Program-made: the position numbers and the translations under genes
Source: Mobula hypostoma
Taxonomy: Eukaryota
Direction of reading: 5' to 3'
DNA length: 64,000 bases
Assembly: GCF_963921235.1 (NCBI RefSeq)
Contig: NC_086110.1
Span: forward strand, 44,640,001 to 44,704,000
Shown: in pieces, positions 43,524-55,764 of the stretch
Layout of the letters: every line of letters starts with the position of its first letter
Position numbering within the stretch: the first letter of the stretch is position 1
Notes under the pieces: model-generated
Databases searched by the model: none
What the model was told of the DNA's origin: nothing
Seen by the model: the letters and a program-made list of their open reading frames with translations, nothing else

Positions 43524-46500
43524 CATAGAAACATAGAAACATAGAAAATAGGTGCAGGAGTAGGCCATTCGGCCCTTCGAGCCTGCACCGCCATTCACTA
43601 TGATCATGGCTGATCATCCAACTCAGAACCCTGTACCTGCTTTCTCTCCATACCCCCTGATCCCTTTAGCCACAAGGGCCATATCTAACTCCCTCTTACA
43701 TATAGCCAGTGAACTGGCCTCAACTGTTTCCTGTGGCAGAGAATTCCACAGATTCACCACTCTCTGTGTGAAGAAGTTTTTCCTCATCTTGGTCCTAAAA
43801 GGCTTCCCCTTTATCCTTAAACTGTGACCCTTCGTTCTGGACTTCCCCAATATCGGGAACAATATTCCTGCATCTAGCCTGTCCAATCCCTTTAGAATTT
43901 TATACATTTCAATAAGATCCCCCCTCAATCTTCTAAATTCCAGCGAGTATAAGCCTAGTCGATCCAGCCTTTCTTCATATGAAAGTCCTGCCATCCCAGG
44001 AATCAATCTGGTGAACCTTCTTTTTACTCCCTCTATGGCAAGAATGTCTTTCCTCAGATTAGGGGACGAAAACTGCACACAATACTCCAAGTGTGGTCTC
44101 ACCAAGGCCTTGTACAACTGCAGTAGAACCTCCCTGCTCCTGTACTCAGATCTTCTTGCTATGTATGCCAATATACCATTCGCCTTTTTCACCACCTGCT
44201 GTACCTGCATGCCTACTTTCAATGACTGGTGTACAATGACACCTAGGTCTTGTTGCACCTCCCCTTTTCCTAATCGGCTACCATTCAGATAATAATCTGT
44301 TTTCCTGCTCTTGCCACTAAAGTGGATAACCTCACATTTATCCACATTAAATTGCATCTGCCATGAATTTGCCCACTCACCTAACCTATCCAAGTCACCC
44401 TGCATCCTCTTAGCATCCTCCTCACAGCTAACACTGCTGCCCAGCTTTGTGTCACCCGCAAACTTGGAGATGCTGCATTTAATTCCCTCGTCTAAATCAT
44501 TAATATGTATTGTAAACAACTGGGGTCCCACCACTGAACCTTGTGTTACCCCACTAGTCACTGCCTGCCATTCTGAAAAGGTCCCGTTTATTCCCACTCT
44601 TTGCTTCCTGTCTGCCAACCAATTCTCTATCCACATCAATACCTTACCCCCAATACCGTGTGCTTTAAGTTTGCACATTAATCTCCTGTGTGTGACCTTG
44701 TCAAAAGCCTTTTGAAAATCCAAATATACCACATCCACTGGTTCTCCTCTATCCATTCTACTAGTTACATCCTCAGAAAATTCTATGAGATTCGTCAGAC
44801 ATGATTTTTCTTTCACAAATCCATGCTGACTTTGTCCAATGATTTCACCGCTTTCCAAATGTGCTGTTATCACATCTTTGATAACTGACTCTAGCATTTT
44901 CCCCACCACCAATATCAGGCTAACTGGTCTATAATTCCCCAGTTTCTCTCTCCCTCCTTTTTTAAAAAGTGGGGTTACATTAGCCACCCTCCAATCCTCA
45001 GGAACTAATCCAGAATCTAAAGAGTTTTGAAAAATTATCACTAATGCATCCACTATTTCTTGGGCTACTTCCTTAGGCACTCTGGGATGCAGACCATTCG
45101 GCCCTGGGGATTTATCTGCCTTTAATCCCTTCAATTTACCTAACACAACTTCCCTACTAACATGTATTTCCCTCAGTTCCTCCATCTCACTAGACCCTCG
45201 GTCCCCTACTATTTCCGGAAGATTATTTATGTCCTCCTTAGTGAAGACAGAACCAAAGTAGTTATTCAATTGGTCTGCCATGTCCTTGTTCCCCATGATC
45301 AATTCACCTCTTTCTGACTTTAAGGGACCTACATTTGTCTTAACAAATCTTTTTCTTTTCACATATCTATAAAAGCTTTTACAGTCAGTTTTTATGTTCC
45401 CTGCCAGCTTTCTCTCATAATCTTTTTTCCCTTTCCTAATTAAGCCCTTTGTCCTCCTCTGCTGGACTCTGAATTTCTCCCAGTCCTCAGGTGTGCCACT
45501 TTTTCTGGCTAATTTGTATGTTTCTTCTTTGGAATTGATACTATCCCTAATTTCCCTTGTTAGCCACGAGTGCACTACCTTCCCTGGTTTATTCTTTTGC
45601 CAAACTGGGATGAACAATTGTTGTAGTTCATCCATGCGATCTTTAAATGCTTGCCATTGCATATCCACCGTCAACTCTTTAAGTTTCATTTGCCAGTCTA
45701 TCTTAGCTAATTCATGTCTCATACCTTCAAAGTTACCCTTCTTTAAGTTCAGAACCTTTGTTTCTGAATTAACTATGTCACTCTCCATCTTAATGAAGAA
45801 TTCCACCATATTATGGTTACTCTTACCCAAGGGGCCTTGCACGACAAGATTGCTAACTAACCCTTCCTCATTGCTCAATACCCAGTCTAGAATGGCCTGC
45901 TCTCTAGTTGGTTCCTTGACATGTTGGTTCAGAAAACCATCCCGTATACAGTCCAAGAAATCCTCTTCCTCAGCACCCTTACCAATTCGGTTCACCCAAT
46001 CTATATGTAGATTGAAGTCACCCATTATAACTGCTGTTTCTTTATTGCACGCATTTCTAATTTCCTGTTTAATACCATCCCCAACCTTACTACTACTGTT
46101 AGGTGGCCTGTACACAACTCCCACTAGCGTTTTCTGCCCCTTAGTGTTATGCAGCTCTACCCATATCGATTCCACATCCTCCCGGCTTATGTCCTTCCTT
46201 TCTATTGCGTTAATTTCCTCTCTAACCAGCAATGCTACCCCACCTCTTATTCTTTCATGTCTATCCCTCCTGAATATTGAATATCCCTGAATGTTGAGCT
46301 CCCATCCTTGGTCACCCTGGAGCCATGTCTCTGGGATCCCGACTATATCATATTCATTAATAACTATCTGCACATTCAATTCATCCACCTTGTCATGAAT
46401 GATCCTTGCATTGACACACAAAGCCTTCAGGCTTGTTTTCTAAGGTTATGTCGAAAAGTGGCCCTTTTTGATTTTTGCCCTGGATTTGCCTGCCTGCCAC

Positions 46501-46528
46501 TTTTACTTTTCACCTTACTACTTTTTAC
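43524..46528 (-). mobile_element. CR1 LINE, 5'-truncated just upstream of ORF2; young copy
   Basis: Open 932-aa frame at 43623-46421. (TTCTATGT)n tail at ~43524-43548. Candidate TSD TATTCAT at 43520-43526 and 46529-46535. Confidence 0.95.
43623..46421 (-). CDS. CR1 ORF2: AP endonuclease plus reverse transcriptase (catalytic FADD mutated to FAGD)
   Basis: APE motifs CVNAR, ETWL, GVVYRPP, MGDFN and SNHNM. RT motifs YRPVSL, YLDFQKAFDKV, SGVTQGSVVGP and KFAGDTK. Confidence 0.88.
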   Translation of the reverse strand: MCVNARIIHDKVDELNVQIVINEYDIVGIPETWLQGDQGWELNIQGYSIFRRDRHERIRGGVALLVREEINAIERKDISREDVESIWVELHNTKGQKTLVGVVYRPPNSSSKVGDGIKQEIRNACNKETAVIMGDFNLHIDWVNRIGKGAEEEDFLDCIRDGFLNQHVKEPTREQAILDWVLSNEEGLVSNLVVQGPLGKSNHNMVEFFIKMESDIVNSETKVLNLKKGNFEGMRHELAKIDWQMKLKELTVDMQWQAFKDRMDELQQLFIPVWQKNKPGKVVHSWLTREIRDSINSKEETYKLARKSGTPEDWEKFRVQQRRTKGLIRKGKKDYERKLAGNIKTDCKSFYRYVKRKRFVKTNVGPLKSERGELIMGNKDMADQLNNYFGSVFTKEDINNLPEIVGDRGSSEMEELREIHVSREVVLGKLKGLKADKSPGPNGLHPRVPKEVAQEIVDALVIIFQNSLDSGLVPEDWRVANVTPLFKKGGREKLGNYRPVSLILVVGKMLESVIKDVITAHLESGEIIGQSQHGFVKEKSCLTNLIEFSEDVTSRMDRGEPVDVVYLDFQKAFDKVTHRRLMCKLKAHGIGGKVLMWIENWLADRKQRVGINGTFSEWQAVTSGVTQGSVVGPQLFTIHINDLDEGIKCSISKFAGDTKLGSSVSCEEDAKRMQGDLDRLGEWANSWQMQFNVDKCEVIHFSGKSRKTDYYLNGSRLGKGEVQQDLGVIVHQSLKVGMQVQQVVKKANGILAYIARRSEYRSREVLLQLYKALVRPHLEYCVQFSSPNLRKDILAIEGVKRRFTRLIPGMAGLSYEERLDRLGLYSLEFRRLRGDLIEMYKILKGLDRLDAGILFPILGKSRTKGHSLRIKGKPFRTKMRKNFFTQRVVNLWNSLPQETVEASSLAICKRELDMALVAKGIRGYGEKAGTGF

Positions 46529-48199
46529 TATTCATCAATGCAATGCACATAGTGTATATACAGAGACATGAAAATACACCATTTGAACTTCTTAAGTCAC
46601 ATGACTAGGCTCTACAGGCCCTGGGAAAATTCTAGTACAAATTCCATTGATGAATCAATACTTGGTAACTCCTTGGAATTCAAACATGATCAACATACTT
46701 GATAAAAGGCTTATGGTATAAAATTCATAAAGAGATGCAGGACAAGGTCCACAGTGATTGCTATAATTATCTTGTGGATTAATGATTTTGTTGAACACGT
46801 GCTACTTTTGGGAGCAGCATAGCCTTTTCCTGAACATAAACAAACATAGTCTGATCCTCCCCAGTGAGTGATAGTATTCTTTTCATGGAGAATGTTCATC
46901 GGAAGCCTAAGGTCTATTCTCTGGATAATTCAACAGCATGTGGGATGATTAAACAGTTTAAGCTGCAAAAAAGCTCTCTCCCACTGTGTCATCTTCATGA
47001 ATGGAAAAAAAACTGAGAATGAACAAACCTTAAAAATGATGTATGCAAGAAGAAATCTTTCTACAGCAATCTGTTATATGTTAATATTGTAGACGTTTCA
47101 GGATATTATAATATTTTGCCGTTCACATTGTGTTTCTAGTGCCCATTTTGTAACCTGTGTTGTTGCATTATAAAACATTATGAATCACACTTGCTATTTT
47201 ACATGCAGTATTATTAAATTTGCCAATATTTGTTGGAGCTGTGATTTATTTCAAAGGATTCTATATTTGATTTATCCTGCCTTTCAGCTTCCTGCTCCTG
47301 TAAAAGCTTAGATAATTTGATAGAACCCCGATCTGCAGATCAGATTTCAATTTTACCTTCTTCTCCATAACATATGTTAGTACGTAGAATAATGCTCTGG
47401 TATAACACTGAGGCACTGCTGAAGCCACTTATTATTGGATTATATCATAAATGGATTATTAATTTATTATTAAAGATCTCAAGACAATATTTGATGAACA
47501 ATTGGTCTATGCAGCTAACAGGATATCAGTTCAGCTCAGCCCTCAATTCCTTTCGACTGACTTTCGTGCTCATCAAGGGTTTGGGATGAGATGTGCATCC
47601 GGTCCGATCAGTTCAGAGGTCACTTGTAAGAATCCTGTGCTGACCATGCAGAACGTGGCCCTTGTTCATTTACTGTTATCACCTGCCAGACTGTGCGAGC
47701 ATGGCCAAAAGGTACTGTGGCAGCTGCACTGAAGTCGGCAAAAAAAACCCAGCATAATACATGGCTGTCTGTTGTATGCCGACTGCTTATGAGCGAGTGG
47801 AAGTGCTTGCAGTTTACAAAGGCAGTGAGATTGTCTGATGAAATTCCACCCCCCCACCCACCCCCGCTGGCTGCAGTCAAATGATGTCCCAGGGAGAAAA
47901 AGCCTGAGATTACAGAACCCTGGAAACTTGTCCTGCTGTTTCCTGCTGTCTACTGGGAGCACGCGAAGTAATTTGCTCTGATAATGATGTGATCACCGAA
48001 AGCATGAATTCCCTTCTGTCTGATTTTGCTAATGTGCCCTGTGGTAACATGAAAGGAGCTGAAGATGAGGACCTTCACTGAAGCAATGCTGTGCCAGCTC
48101 CTACTGTTGGCCACTGGTCTCACTCAGGCAGTAACCGCACCGTGACAGCCTGTACAAGGAAGGGCAGCTTCCTTATTCACTGCTTCACTGAGAGCAGCT

Positions 48200-51100
48200 A
48201 GTTGAGCAGGAGGGAAGGAGGGAGAAGAGGAATGCGGTAGTTGTAGGGGATTCCATAGTCAGGGGAACAAACAGGAGGTTCTGTCAGCCTGATAGAGATA
48301 CCCGTATGGTGTGTTACCTCCCAGGTGCCAGGGTACGGGATGTCTCGGATCGGGTCCAGAATATTCTGAAGGGAGAGGACGAGCAGCCAGTTGTCTTGGT
48401 ACGTATTGGTACCAATGACATAGATAGGAAAAGGGAGGAGGTCCTGAAGTGAGATTTCCGGAAGTGAGGAAGGAAGCTGAGAAGCAGGACCTCCGGGGTA
48501 GTAATCTCGGGATTGCTACCTGTGCCACGTGCTAGCGAGGGCAAGAGTAGTGGGATCAGGCAGATGAATGCATGGCTGAGAGACTGGTGCAGGGACAGGG
48601 CTTCAGATTCTTGGATCATTGGGTTCTCTTCTGGGGGAAGTATGACCTGTTCAAAAAGGACAGGTTACACCTGAACCCGAAAGGGACCAATATCCTGGCG
48701 GGAAAGTTTAATAGAGCTGTTAGGGCGGGTTTAAGCTAATTTGGCAGGGGGATGGGAACCGGAATGATAGAGCGGAGGAGGGGGAAAACAGAAATAAATC
48801 TAAGATAGTGAGCAGTAAAGATGTCAGGAAGGACAGGCCGGTGATGGGGCAAATTTGCAGCCATTAGGACAAGTTGCAGTGCAATAAAGTTGCAGTGCAA
48901 TCAAAGCAAAAAGTATCAAATACTGGTCTTAAGGTGTTATACTTAAATGCACGCAGCATAAGGAATAAAGTGGATGATCTTGTCGTACAGCTACAGATTG
49001 GCAGGTATGATAGTGTGGCTATCACTGAGACCTGGCTAAAGGATGCATGTCTCTGGGAGCCGAACATCCAAGGATACGCAGTGTATCGAAAGGATAGACA
49101 AGTAGGCAGATTGGGTGGCATGGCTTTATTGGTAAGAAATGATATTAAATCATTAGAAAGAGGTGATATAGGATCGGAAGGTGCAGAATCTTTATGGGTT
49201 GAGCTAAGAAATCGCAGGGGTAAAAGGACCCTGATGGCAGTTATATACAGGCCTCCAAACAGCTGCAGTGATGTGGACTACAAATTACAACAGGAAATAG
49301 AGAAGACTTGTCAGAAGGGCAGTGTTATGATAATTGTGGGGGATTTTAACATGCGAGTGGATCGGGAAAACCAGGTCAGCGCTGGATCTCAAGAGAGAGA
49401 ATTTGTAGAATGTCTGCGAGATGGCTTTTTAGAACAGCTTGTTGTTGAGCCCACTAGGAGATCGGCTGTACTGGATTGGGTATTGTGTAATGAACCAGAG
49501 GTAATTAGAGAGATTGAGGTGAAGGAACCCTTAGGAGGCAGTGATCATAACATGATTGCGTTCACTGTGAAATTTGAAAAAGAGAAGCCAAAATCTGATG
49601 TGTCGGTATTTCAGTGGAGTAAAGGAAATTACAGTGGCATGAGAGAGGAACTGGCCAAAGTTGACTGGAAAGGGACACTGGTGGGATAGACAGCAGAGCA
49701 GCAGTGGCTGGAGTTTATGCGAGAAGTGAGGAATGTGCAAGACAGGTATATTCCAAAAAAGAAGAAATTTTCGAATGGAAAAAGGATGCAACCGTGGCTG
49801 ACAAGAGAAGTCAAAGTCAAAGTTAAAGCAAAGGAGAGGACATAGAAGAAAGCAAAAATTAGTGGGAAGACAGAGGACTGGGAAGTTTTTAAAAGCTTGC
49901 AAAAGGAAACGAAGAAGGTCATTAAGAGGGAAAAGATGAACTATGAAAGGAAGCTAGCAAATAATATCAAAGAGGATACTAAAAGCTTTTTCAAGTATAT
50001 AAAGAGTAAAAGACAGGTGAGAGTAGATATAGGACCAATAGAAAATGTTGCTGGAGAAATTGAAATGGGAGATAAGGAGATGGTGGAGGAACTGAACGAG
50101 TATTTTGCATCAGTCTTCACTGAGGAAGACGTCAGCAGTATACCAGACACTCAAGGGTGTCAGGGAAGAGAAGTGTGTGCAGTCACAATTACGACAGAGA
50201 AAGTACTCAGGAAGCTGAATAGTCTCAGGGTAGATAAATCTCCTGGACCAGATGGAATGCACCCTTGTGTTCTGAAGGAAGTAGCTGTGCAGATTGTGGA
50301 GGCATTAGCAATGATCCCTCAAAAGTCAATAGATTCTGGCATGGTTCCAGAGGACTGGAAGATTGCAAATGTCACTCCGCTATTTAAGAAGAGGGCAAGG
50401 AAGCAAAAAGGAAATTATAGACCTGTTAGCTTGACATCGGTGGTTGGGAAGTTGTTGGAGTCGATTGTCAAGCATGAGGTTATGATGTTCCTGGAGGCAT
50501 ATGACAAGATAGGCAGAACTCAGCATAGTTTCCTTAAAGGAGAATCCTGCCTGACAAATCTATTGCAATTTTTTGAGGAAATTACCAGTAGGCTAGACAA
50601 GGGAGATGCAGTGGATGTTGTGTACTTGGATTTTCAGAAGGCCTTTGACAAGGTGCCGCACATGAGGCTGCTAAACCAGATAAGAGCCCATGGAATTACG
50701 GGAACGTTACATACGTGGATAGGGCGTTGGCTGATTGGCAGGAAACAGAGAGTGGGAATAAAGGAATCCCATTCTGGTTGGCTGCCAGTTACCGCTAGTG
50801 TTCCACAGGGGTCTGTGTTGGGGCCACTTCTTTTTACATTGTACATCAACGATTTGGATTATGGAATAGATGGCTTTGTGGCTAAGTTTGCTGATGATAC
50901 AAAGATAGGTGGAGGGGCCGGTAGTGCTGAGGAAACAGAGAGTCTGCAGAGAGACTGGGATAGATTGGGAGCGTGGGCAAAGAGTGGCAAATGAAATACA
51001 ATGTTGGAAAGTGTATGGTGATGCACTTTGGTAGCAGAAATAAATGGGCAGACTATTATTTAAATGGGGAGAGAATTCAAAGTTCTGAGATGCAGCGGGA

Positions 51101-51812
51101 CTTGGGAGTCCTTGTACAGGATACCCTTAAGGTTACCCTCCAGGTTGAGTCGGTGGTGAAGAAGGCGAATGCAATGTTGGCATTCATTTCTAGAGGAATA
51201 GAGTATAGGAGCAGGGATGTGATATTGAGGCTCTATAAGGCACTGGTAAAACCTCACTTGGAGTACTGTGTGCAATTTTGGGCTCCTTATTTAACAAAGG
51301 ATGTGCTGACATTGGAGAGGTTTCAGAGAAGATTCATGAGAATGATTCCGGGAATGAGAGGGTTAACATATGAGGAACGTTTGACCGCTCTTGGACTGTA
51401 CTCCTTGGAGTTTAGAAGAATGAGGGGGGACCTCGTAGAAACATTTCGAACGTTGAAAGGCATGGACAGAGTGGATGTGGCAAAGTTGTTTCCCATGGTG
51501 GGGGAGTCTAGTACAAGAGGGCATGACTTAAGGATTGAAGGGCACCCATTCAGAACAGAGATGCAAAGAAATTTTTTCAGCCAGAGGGTGGTGAATCTAT
51601 GGAATTTGTTGCCATGGGCGGCAGTGGAGGTCAAGTCATTAGGTGTACTTAAGGAAGAGATTGATAGGTATCTGAGTAGCCAGGGCATCAAAGGTTATGG
51701 TGAGAAGGTGGGGGAGTGGGACTAAATGGGAGAATGGATCAGCTCATGATAAAGTGGCGGAGCAGACTCGATGGGCTGACTTCAGCTCCTTTGTCTTATG
51801 GTCTTATGGTCT
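48200..51812 (+). mobile_element. CR1 LINE with the 3' part of ORF1 (SGNH/GDSL esterase-like) and a disrupted ORF2
   Basis: VVVGDSIVRG...PGARVRDV...IGTND...DRLHLN in ORF1 (48240-48739). ORF2 in pieces at 48874-49689, 49897-50994 and 50973-51725, broken by stops and a frameshift. (cttatggt)n tail. Confidence 0.93.
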
Positions 51813-52949
51813 ATACGCACACAACACAACAGCTAGTATACAGTTTTCAACCAGAAGACTCTGGAAGGAGAATTCCAGTGAGCCTTCTCCTTTTGCTTAC
51901 CCTAACAGATGCGACCATGGACATTATTAGTGTTTGTAAATGATCTGAGAATCCAAAGCCCTTGATCTTCCAAAACATTCGAAAATTTTGACGGAAGCAG
52001 CTGGGATCACTGGAAACTTTCTGAAAATGTACTGGGGTCAGACTGAAGACTTAGCGATAGTGATATGAAAGCCTTAACTGAGCATCATATATAAAAACGC
52101 TCTTTAGGCCCCTTACCATTGAGGGTGGTAATGCAAGCAAAATAAATTAAAGTTTGTTCAGAAATTCTATGAATAACCTCATATATGAAATTGATGTAAT
52201 TTATTTTACGAACTTGTTTCTGCCAATTATCAAATGGTACTTTCCTTTCAAAAGTCTATATTAACTTTGTTCTATTCTATTCATATTGTCTAAGCACTCT
52301 ATGACCATTTCCCTTATAACAGATTCCAGCATTATCCTGCTACAGGTGTGCAGGTCCCTATTTTATCCCTTCCTCATTTCTGAAGTGAAGGGATTACTTT
52401 TACAATATTCTGATCTCTGAAAACCATTCTACAATCCATGGAATTTTCTAAGGTGCATTAACCATAACCATCTTCTGCAAAACAAAATCTGGAGCTCATG
52501 AGCTCCTAGGGGTTTTCGATGCATTAATTTTTCCAATAATAGTTATTTTCACAAATGTTAAATTATCTTGAGCTCCTTGTTTACTCAAGTACTGAAGACC
52601 TACATTATTTGCAGCAGATTTTCTGTTTTCTTCTGTAAATATAGACTCAAAATAATTGTTTATTCGCTAATTCCCCAATATATTCCTCTCAGTCTGCAAA
52701 GTCTATACATTAACTTTGTTAATCTTTTCCTTTTCACATATGTATACAAGTGTTCTTCTGTTTCTTGCTGACCAAGTCATCTCTTTTTTTCCTTTCTTTA
52801 TCAGCTTCTTATTTCTCCTTTGCTGAATTCTAAAATTTTCTCAGTCCTCAGCTTTATTCCTTCTGTTTTTGGCAACACTGTGCACCTTTTCTTTTAGCCT
52901 AATAGTACCTTTCCTTTGGTAGTCACAACTGGACCAAAAAAGAATAGTT

Positions 52950-53167
52950 GTCTTGGTAGTAGGTACAGAGGAGATGTCGGGGCAAGTTTTTTACGCAGTG
53001 AGTGGTGAGTGTGTGGAATGGGCTGCCGGTGATGGTGGTGGAGGCGGAAACAATAGGGTCTTTTAAGAGACTCCTGGAAGGATACATGGAGCTTAGAAAA
53101 GTAGAGCACTATGGTAAGCCTAGGTAGTTCTAAGGTGTAGACATGCTTGGCACAGCTTTGTGGGCTG
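52950..53167 (+). mobile_element. Short CR1 3' end (same subfamily as 30812-31863)
   Basis: Near-identical to 31555-31860 apart from the 31764-31822 insertion. Confidence 0.85.
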
Positions 53168-54651
53168 AAGGGCCTGTGTTGTGCTGTAGGTTTTCTGTTT
53201 CTACGTTCAATGTATTAATTCTTTAAAAGTTAGGCATTCCTTGTTTTTTTCTCATACCTGTTAATGTAGAATCCAAACCTACCAAAAACAACTCATGTCA
53301 TGTGCTTTCACAATTTTCTTTATTCTGATTTAAGTCCTTGGTTTCAGGTTGAAATAAATCAATTTCAATCTTCGTAAAAGGTCCTGATACGATGAGGATC
53401 AGGATTGTCCTGATATCATATGATCACTATAGCCTAAAGACCCCTTAACAACCAGAACATCAATTAACTCTTTCTCATTGCACAAAAATAAAAAGAAAAT
53501 TGATCTAAAAAAGTTCTTATATTTTCATAAATTCCTCCTCTGCCAATTGGATGTGCCTAGCCTCTCTGTAAATTAAAGTCTCCCACAGTACCCCTATTAC
53601 ATGCACCTGTAATTCCCTTCTTTGTACCACACCTCACATTATCACTACAGTTCCAAGGGCCTTTTGTACAACTCTCAGCAATGTTTTCTATACCTTATTC
53701 TTTCTTAGCTCCATTCAAGTTGATTTTCCTCTTTGTTACTTCTACTCCCTTCTTCCATATCCATCCCACCTCCTTTTATTATTTTGCTTATCTCATTTAA
53801 ACGTTAAGTATACTAGATAATTTTATTTTCTAACCTTGGTCATTCTTCAACCATACCTCTGGCTGAGCTTTTAGGTCATAACCATTTAATTATGGCATTC
53901 AGTCACCTATTTTGTTATAATGTGATTTCATTCAGTTAATTCAGAACCTGCAACATTTCTGTACTAAAAATCTATACTATTCATTGAATTGAGTTCAGAA
54001 ATTTAAAGTACGGTAACAAATTTCCTAACACCACAGAAACAAAACATGGCTTGTTAAATGAAAACAGTGCAAGTATTACAGCATCACTTAAATGTTAAAC
54101 CCTCAGACTTGGCGGAGAGCTACAAATGTGGGACTAAGTGTCAGAAACTGGATGAGGCTCCAAGTGAGCAAATTGCCTCATCCAAACCACCAAAATTTGG
54201 CACTTTCTTAGACCATGTACAGCGTGATGTCATTTTGAGATTTAATCATGTAGCAAATTTAATCAAAGTCACTGATGCTCATATTTGACCTTACACGCAA
54301 GGCTGCAATGCCTTATTAAAGAAGCATTGAGCGATACTGAGCCACTGTATCCAACTCAAGGTACAAATACTCTAGAAGTGTTGTGAAAGGTCATGTCCAA
54401 AGCAGAATCTGAAGCAAGCCAGTGAGATTGGCACAAATTTCTGTGATAGGTGCCATGGAAGACAGCCAACAAATACACATCAAAAAGCCTTAAACTAACT
54501 GAAAAGGTCAATGTCTTCAGCATACAGCTCTAAAGCTGAGATAGTCAAAGTGACCCAGAGGGAAGATATTTTACAGAGGGAAGATATTTTAGGTAAAAAG
54601 TAGTGGAAATAAAATTCACACATGATTAAAACCAATGAAAATGATAGAGAT

Positions 54652-54784
54652 GCAAACACGAGGAAATCTGCAGATACTGGAAATTCAAGCAACACACATC
54701 AAAGTTGCTGGTGAATGCAGCAGGCCAGGCAGCATCTCTAGGAAGAGGTACAGTCAACGTTTCGGGCCGAGACCCTTCGTCAGG
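54652..54784 (-). mobile_element. Short PLE pLTR copy starting at the hammerhead core
   Basis: Minus strand begins CCTGACGAAGGGTCTCGGCCCGAAACGTTGACTG and is near-identical to the 42.1-kb arm plus tail. Confidence 0.88.
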
Positions 54785-55764
54785 TTGGAGAATTGGGCTT
54801 ATGTAACATTTTCACTACCAACAGCAATGGCAAAAAGTCAAACAACATCAAGGCAGAAATATGGTTACTGCAATATCAACAACGTGGTAATAGATTAATC
54901 AGTCATGGATTAGATAAAAACTTGATACGTTTAGCAAAATACCACTGACAGATACTGAACTTGAAAATATCTTCAGGTAAATTGTTGAAGATTTCTCCAT
55001 GGATACATATAGTAAGTCATAATATTCAGCAACCAGAACTACCAATTCTTGTGGGTATTTACAAAGATAAACCAATACTGATGCGTAAATATTGTCTCCA
55101 GAATTTAAGCTAGACTAGGGAAAGGTGTTCAGCATGAAGGTGTTCTCCAAAATAACAGTCACCTGTACTATTGGAAAAGTAAGAAATACAGTGGATAAAT
55201 CTTCATAAAAGTGTATTACAGGTTCCAGTGCCCATTACTAAATGAATTTACACATAGTTGGCAAGACCCAAAGTTTTCAACAAACACTCACTTAGAAATG
55301 GATAAGACAAATTGGTGCACATAAGGCCCTGTTTTTCAGAACCAAAAGCCACTTATGGTGTGAAATCACACCCAAAGTCTTCTGAACTACAATGGACAAG
55401 ATATTGCAAGCATTGCAGGGTATAGATCTTTGTCTGTCCAATCAAGATGAAATAATAAAAACTGGAAATGCAAACAAATATCTTGAATATCATGAGAGGC
55501 AAATCAAGAAATGCAGCATACAGTATAGCTCAAAGAGAGAAATGCGCTTCTCATAGAAATAAGTTACTTAAAAGTGGGTTCAAATGGATTACAGTCTAAT
55601 TGGAAGAATTTGTGAAGACAAGGAAGTGCAAAAACATTCAAGATTGCAAAATCAAACCAATTTAACGGCACACTTTACGAAGCTGGAATAGTCAACCTGG
55701 TCTTTCCAAAGAGCACATATTGAACATTGCAAATCAAAGGTTGATGACTACTTAATATTAAGTG

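Noticed and set aside
45493-46290. 265-aa plus-strand ORF, and similar antisense ORFs over other CR1 copies
   Set aside because: Antisense shadows of CR1 ORF2 with no independent evidence.
47555-47580. Hammerhead-like string TTGATGAGCACGAAAGTC on the minus strand
   Set aside because: The core begins UUGA rather than CUGA, stem II has only 1 bp, and there is no convincing stem I or III; probably coincidental.
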